Shown: one piece after another, positions 52,764 to 61,585 of the stretch
Layout: every line of letters begins with the position of its first letter
Position numbering within the stretch: position 1 is the first letter of the stretch
Origin: Terriglobia bacterium
GTDB lineage: Bacteria > Acidobacteriota > Terriglobia > JAJPHL01 > JAPKYU01
Assembly: GCA_965223005.1 (NCBI GenBank)
Contig: CBDCVK010000008.1
Span: 128,001-192,000 of the forward strand
DNA: 64,000 bases
Direction: 5' to 3'
Program-made: the position numbers and the translations under genes
Notes under the pieces: generated by a model
The model's database searches: none
Seen by the model: only the letters and a program-made list of their open reading frames with translations
What the model was told of the DNA's origin: nothing

Positions 52764-53999
52764 ATGAACGCAGAAATTATTGCCGTGGGCTCAGAACTGT
52801 TGGGGCCGCACCGGCTAGACACCAATTCCCTGTTCATCACCAACCAGCTGAATCGCCTGGGCATCGAGGTTCGGCAGAAAACGGTGGTGGGCGACGACGA
52901 AGCACAGATTGCGGCTGCCATGGGCGCCGCTCTCGAGCGCGCCGAGATCGTGGTGGTGATGGGCGGATTGGGACCCACCGCCGACGACCTCACTCGCGAA
53001 AGCGTGGTCCGCCTGCTGGGCAGGCGGCTGTCTCGTGACGCGCGCGTCGCCGAAGTGATCGAGAAGCGCTTCCGCACTCGCGGCTTCACTATGCCGGAGA
53101 TCAACCTTCGCCAGGCCATGATCCTGGAAGGCGCCGAGATCCTGGAAAATCCAAGAGGCACCGCTCCCGGCCAGTGGATTCAGGAAGGCGGCCGGACTCT
53201 GATGCTGCTGCCCGGCGTGCCTTCCGAAATGGAAGCCATGTTTGAGCGGCAGTGCCTGCCTCGACTGGAGAAGATCGCGCCCGGCCGGCGGTTGCTCACC
53301 CGGGTGTTGAAAATCGCCGGCCTTTTTGAGTCGCAGGTAGACGAGCTGGCGGCGCCCATCTACCGCAAGTATGAGAACCCGACGACCACCATCCTGGCTG
53401 CACCCGGGGAAATTCAGTTGCACCTGCGGGCCGCTGGGTCCGACGAAGCGGAGGCCCGCGGCGCCCTCAACGATTTGGCTTCCCGTCTGGAATTGGCTTT
53501 CGGCGACAACATCTTTTCCCAAGATGGCCAGTCGATGGAAGAAGTGGTTGGCATGTTCCTGACGATGAAAAGCAAGACGCTCGCGGTGGCGGAAAGCTGC
53601 ACAGGCGGGTTGCTGGCGGAACGCATGACGCGCGTTCCGGGAAGTTCCCGTTATTTTCTGGGAGGGCTCGTAGCTTACCAGAACGAGGTCAAAACGCGCT
53701 GGCTGGAGGTGCCAGCCTCGGTGCTGGAATCCAACGGGGCCACCAGCGGAGAGGTGGCGCGCATCCTAGCCGAATCCGTGCGGCGGCGCTTTGGAGCCGA
53801 CTTCGGACTCAGCATCACTGGAATCGCCGGGCCTTCCGGCGCTACCGAGGCCAAGCCGGTGGGACTGGTCTACCTGGCACTGGCGGAAGCCGGCCGCGCA
53901 GGCGAGGTCATCGAGAAGCACTATCCGGGCACGCGAGACCGCATCCGCCTTCAGGCCACCCAAACCGCCCTGGACATGCTCCGCCGCCGGATCAAATAG
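52764..53999 (+). CDS. cinA: Competence/damage-inducible protein A (molybdopterin-binding-like + PncC)
   Basis: AEIIAVGSELL; GGLGPTADDLT; GTAPG; AVAESCTGG; ITGIAGP. Confidence 0.96.
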   Translation: MNAEIIAVGSELLGPHRLDTNSLFITNQLNRLGIEVRQKTVVGDDEAQIAAAMGAALERAEIVVVMGGLGPTADDLTRESVVRLLGRRLSRDARVAEVIEKRFRTRGFTMPEINLRQAMILEGAEILENPRGTAPGQWIQEGGRTLMLLPGVPSEMEAMFERQCLPRLEKIAPGRRLLTRVLKIAGLFESQVDELAAPIYRKYENPTTTILAAPGEIQLHLRAAGSDEAEARGALNDLASRLELAFGDNIFSQDGQSMEEVVGMFLTMKSKTLAVAESCTGGLLAERMTRVPGSSRYFLGGLVAYQNEVKTRWLEVPASVLESNGATSGEVARILAESVRRRFGADFGLSITGIAGPSGATEAKPVGLVYLALAEAGRAGEVIEKHYPGTRDRIRLQATQTALDMLRRRIK

Positions 54000-54076
54000 C
54001 CAGTTTCCGGTGTCCGGCCACAGGTGCCAGGTTTTGTAAGGAATTGGCGTGAGACCTGCAAGCTGACCCCTTCCTT

Positions 54077-54628
54077 ATGCGGTTGTTCGTGGCCCTGGAG
54101 TTGGATGAGGCTGTCCGCTCGCGGATTACCGCCCTGCTGCGCCAACTGGAGCCGGCGGTTCGCCAAGTCAAGTGGGTGAAGCCGCAATCGCTGCACCTGA
54201 CGCTCAAGTTCATTGGCGAGCAACCGGAAGACAGATTGCCAGCCCTGGTCGAAGCGCTGGCGGGCGTGCCCGCGCCCGGGCCGCTGGAACTCGGTTTCCG
54301 CGGGTTGGGCTGTTTTCCCAATGAGCGCCACCCCCGTGTCTTCTGGGTGGGCGTGCTGGCGCCGCCGGCCTTGGGCCAACTCGCCGCCGGGGTCGAGCGG
54401 GCCTTGGCGCCGCTGGGGATTGACCCCGAGCAGCGTCCATTCTCTCCTCACCTGACCCTGGGCCGGCTGAGGCAGGGCAGCCGTCTTCCAGTCTTGCCGC
54501 CGGAATGGGAAGTCCACCGCTCCGAGGATCTCGGCCGCTACACGGCAACGGAACTGTTCCTCTATCAGAGTCGGCTTTTTCCTCACGGTGCTGAATACGT
54601 CAAGCTGAAGCATTTCCCCTTGGAATAA
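54077..54628 (+). CDS. thpR: RNA 2',3'-cyclic phosphodiesterase (2H family)
   Basis: MRLFVAL; two HxT motifs (LHLTLKF, PHLTLGR). Confidence 0.95.
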   Translation: MRLFVALELDEAVRSRITALLRQLEPAVRQVKWVKPQSLHLTLKFIGEQPEDRLPALVEALAGVPAPGPLELGFRGLGCFPNERHPRVFWVGVLAPPALGQLAAGVERALAPLGIDPEQRPFSPHLTLGRLRQGSRLPVLPPEWEVHRSEDLGRYTATELFLYQSRLFPHGAEYVKLKHFPLE

Positions 54629-54814
54629 CCACTGGCCAATCTGTTTCTCGTTGCGGTGCCAACCCCGGAAGGATTTCCCCGCCCGGTGTTCCGCCAAGGC
54701 GTCCTACCGGCAAGACGTCCCGGAGGACACGCTTTGCTCTCCGACAGTTCACCGGAGAACCGTCCTGCCGCCTGCCGGGACCCGCCTGGTAGGCGCTTGC
54801 TCAATAGCCCAAAG

Positions 54815-54882
54815 GTACCAAGCAGAATGTAACTGTTCTCCTATTGGCTGCTTGCTGTCGCTGCGTTTAACTAGACACTGTT
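54815..54882 (+). promoter_or_regulatory. Duplicated promoter block, copy 1 (TTGGCT-N17-TTAACT plus upstream conserved box)
   Basis: Gapless 55/68 match to 56864-56931; directly precedes the small-ORF ATG. Confidence 0.6.
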
Positions 54883-55059
54883 ATGAAGGCAACAAAGACC
54901 CAAGCCATGGCGGCGCTGTTCTGTGCGGTTGTTGCTGCACGGAAGAGCCGCAGAAGTCTGCCGGAGTTCTTACGGATTCTCCCGTTGAGTCCGGAGATGA
55001 AATCTATGGCGCTGAAGAGCTATCGAGGCGTATTTGAATCAGCTGGATTGGAGCCATGA
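54883..55059 (+). CDS. Small protein (58 aa) of unknown function, paralog 1; not in the ORF track
   Basis: MKATKTQAMAALFCAVVAARKSRRSLPEFLRILPLSPEMKSMALKSYRGVFESAGLEP; ATGA overlap with the next gene; synonymous-biased divergence from paralog 2. Confidence 0.75.
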   Translation: MKATKTQAMAALFCAVVAARKSRRSLPEFLRILPLSPEMKSMALKSYRGVFESAGLEP

Positions 55060-56690
55060 GCGGCACGAAACAACCCAAAGTCCTCGTCATTGACGATGAC
55101 GAGCAGATGCTGACCATCGTCCGGAAAATACTGGAAGGTGAGGGCTTGGCCGTTGACGTGGCGCAGTCGGCCCGTGAAGCGTTGGACCGCTTGCCTGAAA
55201 ATGGCTACAACGCCATCCTCTGCGACATGTTGATGCCGGGGATGTCGGGCGCAGAGTTCTACCAGCAGGTGAAAAAGGAATTCCCAGAGTACAAGCGCCG
55301 GATTGTGTTCCTGACGGGCGATATCGCCTCGGAAGCTACCTGGGAGTTTATTGAGCAAAGGCATTTGCCTTACGTTTCGAAGCCCTTCGGAGCTCGCGAG
55401 TTGCACCAGAAGCTGCGGGAGTTGGTCGGAGAGCCGGCTTCTGCAGCCAGCTCGCCCGAGAAGCCGAAGAACACCCGGCGGCATCGGCGGATTGCGATCA
55501 AGGCTGCCATTCGGGTGCGCAAGAAGAGATGGGCCACCGACGGCCCCGAGATTACCGTGGCCACCAACGTCAGTAAAGAAGGCGCTTACTTCCTCAGCAA
55601 CCGGCAATACCGGGTCGGCACCGAGGTGCTGGTTTCGTTTCCCTACACCGGCCCGCAGGATGCCGAGCAGGAAGGCTGCGTGGTGCGGGCGGACGAAGAT
55701 GGGGAAGGCCGATGGGGTGTGGCCATCGCCCTGGGTCCTGCGGCCCTGGCCTTCCGCTCCGGACTGGCTGGCGGGCCCGAAGAGCGCCGGCGCCACCGCA
55801 TCCTGGCCATGGCCGACCTGTCTGGCCAGAGGCCCCTTCCCCGCGCTGGCAATGAGAAAGAGGCCGACCTTGCTGACCTGGAACGGACGGTGGAACGCGA
55901 GCGGGAAGAGGCTCGCCGCCTCGCCGAGCAGCTCACCGACGTGAACGCCAGCCACGAGCGTGTGGCTGCCCAGCGCGATCACCTGGCCGCCGAGGAGACG
56001 CGCCTCAACCTGCAGTTGCGTGAGCTCACGGCCGCCAAAGCCACGCTGGGTCAGGTGACCGAAGAGCTCAAGCAGCAGATGGAGACGCTGCAAAAGCAGC
56101 TGGCGGTCAGCGAAGGTTACCGCTTCCAGGCCACGCACGATTCTCTCACCGGGGTTTGGAACCGCGCAGCGATCCTGGACATTCTGGGCGGGGAACTGGA
56201 GCGCGCCAAGCGCGAGGGAATCCCTGTAGGGGTTGTGCTGGCCAACCTAGACCATTTCAAGGCTATCAACGACACATACGGGCATCTGGCCGGCGATGCG
56301 GTGTTACGGGAAACTGGCCGCAGAATGGCTTCCTCCGTACGGCTGTATGACTCGGTCGGCCGCTATGGAGGAGAAGAGTTCCTGATTGTCCTCCCAGACT
56401 GCGATGCCACCAGCACGCTGAACCAGGCCGAGAGAATTCGAGCCTGCCTCAGCAACGAACCCGTGCACACCCGGGAGGGTCAGATCTCCAGCACCATGAG
56501 TTTGGGGGTGGCCGTCGGAAGCGAGGAGGACGAGATGGAAACCCTCCTGCGCGCTGCCGATGCCGCGTTGTACCGGGCCAAGCGTGCAGGCCGCAACCGT
56601 GCCGAGGCGGCCACGGCTATGGAAGCCGCTGCGCCACATTTGCTTGCAAGTGAGGCCCCCCAGGGGGTGAGCAAGGATGGACAGGCCTGA
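55056..56690 (+). CDS. REC-PilZ-coiled coil-GGDEF diguanylate cyclase
   Basis: VLVIDDD, CDMLMPGMSG, KPF; RRHRR + NVSKEG; HDSLTGVWNR; RLYD I-site; RYGGEEF; ADAALYRAKRAGRN. Confidence 0.92.
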   Translation: MSGTKQPKVLVIDDDEQMLTIVRKILEGEGLAVDVAQSAREALDRLPENGYNAILCDMLMPGMSGAEFYQQVKKEFPEYKRRIVFLTGDIASEATWEFIEQRHLPYVSKPFGARELHQKLRELVGEPASAASSPEKPKNTRRHRRIAIKAAIRVRKKRWATDGPEITVATNVSKEGAYFLSNRQYRVGTEVLVSFPYTGPQDAEQEGCVVRADEDGEGRWGVAIALGPAALAFRSGLAGGPEERRRHRILAMADLSGQRPLPRAGNEKEADLADLERTVEREREEARRLAEQLTDVNASHERVAAQRDHLAAEETRLNLQLRELTAAKATLGQVTEELKQQMETLQKQLAVSEGYRFQATHDSLTGVWNRAAILDILGGELERAKREGIPVGVVLANLDHFKAINDTYGHLAGDAVLRETGRRMASSVRLYDSVGRYGGEEFLIVLPDCDATSTLNQAERIRACLSNEPVHTREGQISSTMSLGVAVGSEEDEMETLLRAADAALYRAKRAGRNRAEAATAMEAAAPHLLASEAPQGVSKDGQA

Positions 56691-56863
56691 CTTCATGAAG
56701 ACGCAATCCCATCTCGATCATGTTCTTTGCCGTGCCGGCACCCGCGAGCCTGGCCAAGCTGCGCCACCGATCCCCCGGTAGCGTAGCCCTGCTCGCATGG
56801 TGGAGACCCGCCACCAGCCAGCCATAATTCCCACCTGCTGGGCGCGCGCCCGCTAGTCCGAAA

Positions 56864-56931
56864 GTACCAAGCAAAATGTAACTGTGGGGCTATTGGCCAT
56901 TTGCTGCGGCTCCGCTTAACTAGGCACTGTT
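56864..56931 (+). promoter_or_regulatory. Duplicated promoter block, copy 2 (TTGGCC-N17-TTAACT plus upstream conserved box)
   Basis: Gapless 55/68 match to 54815-54882. Confidence 0.6.
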
Positions 56932-57102
56932 ATGGACAGCACAAGAACTCAAACGACCCAGACCATGGCGGCGCTGTTTTGCGCGATGGTTGCGGCACAG
57001 AAGACCCGCAGACCCCTCCCGGAGTTTCTGCGGATTCTCCCGGTGAGGTGCGCGATCAAGTCCATGGCACTGAAATCTACGCCAATGAGGTTTACGTTAT
57101 GA
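56932..57102 (+). CDS. Small protein (56 aa) of unknown function, paralog 2; not in the ORF track
   Basis: MDSTRTQTTQTMAALFCAMVAAQKTRRPLPEFLRILPVRCAIKSMALKSTPMRFTL; ATGA overlap with the ATG at 57099. Confidence 0.75.
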   Translation: MDSTRTQTTQTMAALFCAMVAAQKTRRPLPEFLRILPVRCAIKSMALKSTPMRFTL

Positions 57103-58505
57103 GCCATGCGAACCCAATGTCGAACTTGAGTACCCTGCCGGCCACCGAGGCCGGTCTGGTTGAAGGAGCTACTATGAGCCTAGTCACTACTGACGTGGTG
57201 TCCCCTGCGAACCCTGCCTCATTTCCACAGGAGGCTTTCGCTCAGTTTGCCCCCCGGCCCCAGGGGGCCGAAGGCGAGCCATCGGAGTCGGATCAGCATT
57301 TGTCTCCTCTGGATGCCATTGCTGGCCTGTCGGCGATTCAAGACAGGTTGCAGCAACTGGAACGGAGAGATTGGCGGGTCTGGTCAGCGGCCCTCGCGGT
57401 GCTGCTGCTGATGGGGACCGTGCTTGCACTCTCCTCAGCGCCCTTCTGGACACAGTTTTCCATCGTGCTGCTTTTCAGCGGCTATGCCGTAGCCCAGCAG
57501 CTGGTGAGCAGACGAATCCGGCATGAGCTGTCCCGGCAGGTTGATTCGATGTTGCTGTCCCAGCAGATTGACTCGGTCTTCAACCTGAAATTCCGGACCG
57601 AGGATTCTCACCAGCTGGCGATGCTGGATCCCGTCACCGGACTGTACAACCGCAGCTTCCTCGAGGAGCACCTATCTACCGAGCTGGCCCGATCCCAGAG
57701 GGAGGAAAATTCACTCGCCGTGGTGGCGCTGCATCTGAAGGACTTCGCGCAGATCATCGACTCCTACGGACGCTCGGCCGGCGATCTGGTGCTGAAGCAT
57801 TTTGGCGCACAACTCAAGAAAGCGATCCGAAACTCGGATTTTGCCGCGCGCACAGGCCAGGATGAGTTCATGGTGTTGTTCCCCGAAGGCAGACCCGAGC
57901 AGGTGCCGGTCACGCTTCCCCGCATGGCGGATCTGGAAGTGGACTTTCGTGCGGAGAAGATTCCAGTCAGCTTTGTTTCTGGGTGGACCGCCTATCAACC
58001 TGGCGACTCCCCCGGCCAGCTCTTGGATCGTGCCGAGCAGGCGGTTCTTGCCGACAAGCCAACCGGGCCGGCCGAGCCGGAGACCCTGGTGGCCCTAAGC
58101 GCAACCGCTCCTGCTGAAGAAGAGGGAGTCGCTGAGGCGCCTGGTATGCAGGCTGGCCCACAACCTGAACCAACTGCTGATACTGAGCAAGCCGAGCAGA
58201 CGGTTTTGGCCTACAAGCCACCCAGCGAGGCCGAGCCGGAGGTCCTGGTGGGCCTAAACGCAGTTTCTTCCGCTGCCAAAGATGAAGTCGCTGGGACACC
58301 TGGCATGCAGGCTGACCCACAACCTGAACCAGCTGCTGACGCTGGTCAAAGGGTACGCCGAGCTAGTGCCAGATCAGCTAAGCCGGGCCGCTCCGCTACG
58401 CGGCGACGTAGAGTAGTACCTGCGACCGCTCCGGTAGGTGAATTCGCTGCTCTGGCGGCTGCTGCTCTAAAGCCGGGGCCCAGCGATGAACCTCAAAGTG
58501 CTTGA
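57099..58505 (+). CDS. Membrane-anchored degenerate GGDEF domain protein with low-complexity tail
   Basis: Two TM helices; LDPVTGLYNR; RNSD I-site; RTGQDEF; start reassigned from TTG 56901 to ATG 57099. Confidence 0.85.
   Translation: MSHANPMSNLSTLPATEAGLVEGATMSLVTTDVVSPANPASFPQEAFAQFAPRPQGAEGEPSESDQHLSPLDAIAGLSAIQDRLQQLERRDWRVWSAALAVLLLMGTVLALSSAPFWTQFSIVLLFSGYAVAQQLVSRRIRHELSRQVDSMLLSQQIDSVFNLKFRTEDSHQLAMLDPVTGLYNRSFLEEHLSTELARSQREENSLAVVALHLKDFAQIIDSYGRSAGDLVLKHFGAQLKKAIRNSDFAARTGQDEFMVLFPEGRPEQVPVTLPRMADLEVDFRAEKIPVSFVSGWTAYQPGDSPGQLLDRAEQAVLADKPTGPAEPETLVALSATAPAEEEGVAEAPGMQAGPQPEPTADTEQAEQTVLAYKPPSEAEPEVLVGLNAVSSAAKDEVAGTPGMQADPQPEPAADAGQRVRRASARSAKPGRSATRRRRVVPATAPVGEFAALAAAALKPGPSDEPQSA
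58032..58345 (+). repeat. Diverged 159-bp (53-aa) intragenic duplication
   Basis: AEQAVLADKP...PGMQAGPQPEPTAD (58032) versus AEQTVLAYKP...PGMQADPQPEPAAD (58191). Confidence 0.85.
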
Positions 58506-58633
58506 CCTGAACGGTCGGCCGGACGAGATGGAGCCGGAGCCGGGAGAGGCTGTAGAGGCAGCCTCATAGGCGGTTGAAAAAAGTCCCCACGCCTCATAAA
58601 GCCACCCTCGCCGGCGCCGCGTGGGACGCCCGG

Positions 58634-59560
58634 CTAGTGGAACGCCCCGGATTCCACCCGGTCCCAACCCAGCTTGTTGAGAAGCTGGGTCAGCCGTCCC
58701 TGCACCCAGGCCTGAGGCCCCATCAAGTCGGCCAGCTCGCCGTAGACTCGTGCGGCTTCATCCACCATTCCGTTCTCTTCGTATAGGAACGCAAGTAGGA
58801 AGCGGGGCCCGTTGTCGGACGGATTGTCCTGCAGGAGTTGGTGCAGGCTGTCCTCGGTAGCACGGACCTGCTCGGCCTTCTCGTTGGGTAGCACCTGAAA
58901 GAAGGAGACAGCTTCCACCAGCGTGTCTTCACCTTCACGAGCAGTCACCCGCCACCCAATATTTCTTGCCCCACTTCAGCGCCTGGGTCTCGGCCGGATA
59001 CCGCAGCTCGGTCGCCGCAACCGTCTGGCGCCACAAAATCCGCTCTTCCCGATTCATCAGTTTGACCTCGTAGACCTCGGCGTTGTCCACCGGAGCCCAG
59101 AGGAAACGGGCTCCAGCGTGGCGACCCGTGTGCGGGGTGGAGAACGCAGCAATAGGTTGGCACCGCGCAGGCGCATCATGCCCGATTGCATCCTGCTCGC
59201 GCTGGCCAGAACCAAGTTGCTGGGCAGGCGGCAGGAGGGTACCTTGCGCTCGGCGTTGAGGTTGCCCTTCAGCACCTTCAAGGCCTCGGCGTCAAACTGC
59301 ACCTCGGCGCCGGCCGGAATCTTGGCGGCCCGGGACTCGGGACAGTACAAGAAGGCGGCCTCGGAATTCTTGCCAGTCAGGATACGGTCGCCGGGGGCAA
59401 TCAGGTCCGCCGTGCGGGCCGGAACGGGGGTCTTCTGGCCGGACCGGAGAATCCTCACGTTGCCCGAGACCATGGAGAGCAGGCCGACTGGGGCCGCGCC
59501 CTGCGCGGCCACTGCCAGTAACAGCATTGCGATTACGGTCCAATGCATCTTACGAGTCAT
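58634..59560 (-). pseudogene. Exported FecR-like / DUF928-like protein with compensating -1/+1 indels (probably an intact gene)
   Basis: Signal peptide and FecR-like start (GDRILTGKNSEA); the shifted frame between about 59109 and 58955 reads FLWAPVDNAEVYEVKL...LW...LRYP...LKWGKKYW, then rejoins ORF 58634..58948 in the original frame. Confidence 0.75.
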
Positions 59561-61473
59561 GCGTCACCACCTTTTAACTCCAGGATTTTATATACCGCCA
59601 TGGGTTCGGCCACCCCCTTCAACTTGGCGTGCCCCGCCAGTTCCGCCACCACGTCCTGGCGGACCTCCTCGTAGGTGGCCTCGCTGACCAGAAGCTGGGA
59701 ATGGAACGTCTTGTTTTCTCCTTCGATGCGCGAGGCCACATTCACCGTGTCCCCGATAGCCGTGTATTCCATCTTCTCCGGCGCACCGATGTTGCCCACC
59801 ACGGCGTCGCCGGTGTGCAGTCCGATGCCAACAACGAGCTCCCTCAGGCCGCGTTCGGTGCGGCTCCGGTTGTATTCCTGGTTGCGCTTCACCATGCCCA
59901 AGGCGCTGCGCACAGCTCGCCGGGCGTCATCAGGATGGGGGACGGGCGCGCCAAACAGGGCCATGATCCCGTCCCCAATGAATTTGTTGATCATGCCGCC
60001 ATGCGCCTTGATTTCCGCGGTCATCTCCGCAAACAACTCGTTTAGCTCCTCCACCACCAGACGGGGGTCGCGGCCCTGACAGTAGCCGGTGTAGTTGCGG
60101 ATGTCCGAGAACATCACCGTGACCCGCTGGTAGCTGCCGCCCAGGGGGATTTCACCCTGTTCCATCACTTCGCGCGCTACCTCGCTGGAGACGTAGCGGC
60201 CGAAGACCTCCTGCAACAGACGGCGCTGGCGGTCTTCGGTGCGCGAATAGGCGCCGTAAGAAGCCAGCCCGCTCACTGCGACGGCCAGCACCGGCGGAAC
60301 CACCGGCAACACCAGGTCGTATTGCAAGCTGACCATCGTCGCCACCAGGTAAACGGCGACGGCGCCCAACAGGGTCAGCGGCGCCCAGGGGAACCCGATC
60401 CGGAAAATGCACAAGCTGGCCAGCGCGGCCCCCGCCAGCACCAGCGCCAGGGTCGCCGCCGGCGAAGCCTCCCGCAGGAAGCGCTTCTCCAGCAAGGTGC
60501 CCAGGGCGTTGGCGTGAATCTCCACCCCGGGGGTGAGACTCTGTCCGCCGCCAGCCAGGTAGAACGGTGAGGGCCGCCGATCGGTGGGATCCAGCGTGCC
60601 AACCAACAACGTCTTGCCATCAAACCACTGCTTCAGTTTCTCCGTCTGGCCCTGCCTCGCGGCAGCCAGCACGTCGGCCATGGATACGGCCGGGAAGGTG
60701 CCGCCCGGCCCCCAGTAGTGGATCAGAAGAAAGCCGGAAGAATCGAGCGGCACTGCGTGGTCGCCAAAGCGGATTGAGCTGTTCTGCTCATCGAGGACTC
60801 CACGTTCCTGCCCAAGAACCTGAGAGGCGAGCCGGGTGGCAAACGATTCCGGGGCATCCGGACCTTGGCTCTGTAATTCCTGCCGGCGAATGAAGCCGTC
60901 GGTATCGAAGGTGACGTTGGCAAAGCCCATCGCTCCCTGAGCGCCGGCGAACATGTAGAGGGGGAGCGATTCCGGAGGCGGGTGCAAGGTGTCATAGGCC
61001 AGCACGATGGGCATCGAGGCAGAAGCTTCCATAAAGGCCGCGGCCAGTTCGCGATCCAGGTCCGGAGCCCAAGGCTCCACTGAAATGGCAAAGAACGCGT
61101 CCAGGCCAAGGGCGCGCGCCCCGCCCGCGGCAGCCGCGCGAAACAATGCCGCATAGTGCGGATGCCAGAAAATTTTCGGCTCCGGTAGAGCGTCCTCGGT
61201 CTTCTCGTCTATAGTCACCAGCACGATGTTCGGCGGCGGCGGCTGTTTCCCGCGCAACACAAAGCGCAGATCGTAGGTTTTCAGTTCTAGCAACTGCAGG
61301 GGGGAAGTCGCGCTCAGAGCCCAGGCCAGAGCCGCCGACGCGATGGCCGTGCCCGTTGCCAGGGCCAGCGTCCTCCACCGGCGGTCGCGAGCTTTCTTGC
61401 CCGGCTTCGGCGGGATAGGCGGCCCGCCGGCCTCCGTCCCCTCCCGCAGGGATGTTGATGCAGGTGTGGCCAA
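59557..61473 (-). CDS. CHASE2 domain adenylate/guanylate cyclase
   Basis: LELKTYDLRF, IVLVTIDE, DTDGFIRR, PGVEIHANA; three TMs; VMFSDIRNYT, KFIGDGIMALFG, YTAIGDTVNVASRIE (K and T determinants favour ATP). Confidence 0.95.
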   Translation of the reverse strand: MATPASTSLREGTEAGGPPIPPKPGKKARDRRWRTLALATGTAIASAALAWALSATSPLQLLELKTYDLRFVLRGKQPPPPNIVLVTIDEKTEDALPEPKIFWHPHYAALFRAAAAGGARALGLDAFFAISVEPWAPDLDRELAAAFMEASASMPIVLAYDTLHPPPESLPLYMFAGAQGAMGFANVTFDTDGFIRRQELQSQGPDAPESFATRLASQVLGQERGVLDEQNSSIRFGDHAVPLDSSGFLLIHYWGPGGTFPAVSMADVLAAARQGQTEKLKQWFDGKTLLVGTLDPTDRRPSPFYLAGGGQSLTPGVEIHANALGTLLEKRFLREASPAATLALVLAGAALASLCIFRIGFPWAPLTLLGAVAVYLVATMVSLQYDLVLPVVPPVLAVAVSGLASYGAYSRTEDRQRRLLQEVFGRYVSSEVAREVMEQGEIPLGGSYQRVTVMFSDIRNYTGYCQGRDPRLVVEELNELFAEMTAEIKAHGGMINKFIGDGIMALFGAPVPHPDDARRAVRSALGMVKRNQEYNRSRTERGLRELVVGIGLHTGDAVVGNIGAPEKMEYTAIGDTVNVASRIEGENKTFHSQLLVSEATYEEVRQDVVAELAGHAKLKGVAEPMAVYKILELKGGDA

Positions 61474-61585
61474 CGTGCCCCCTCTGATTGACCTGGCCCT
61501 AAAGCGAATTATACACTAGTTGGAGGCTCTGCCCGGCCCACGCGGCGGTGATTTGGTTGCGGGGCGGTCGGGACAGGACTACTCA

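Noticed and set aside
54844-54862. TGGC...TTGC as a sigma54 promoter
   Set aside because: Spacing does not give GG-N10-GC in either copy.
54651-55037. 128-aa track ORF, and the 56901-57098 extension of the GGDEF ORF, which resemble each other
   Set aside because: The similarity comes from the overlapping duplicated cassette; substitutions are synonymous in the small-ORF frame and mostly change residues in this frame.
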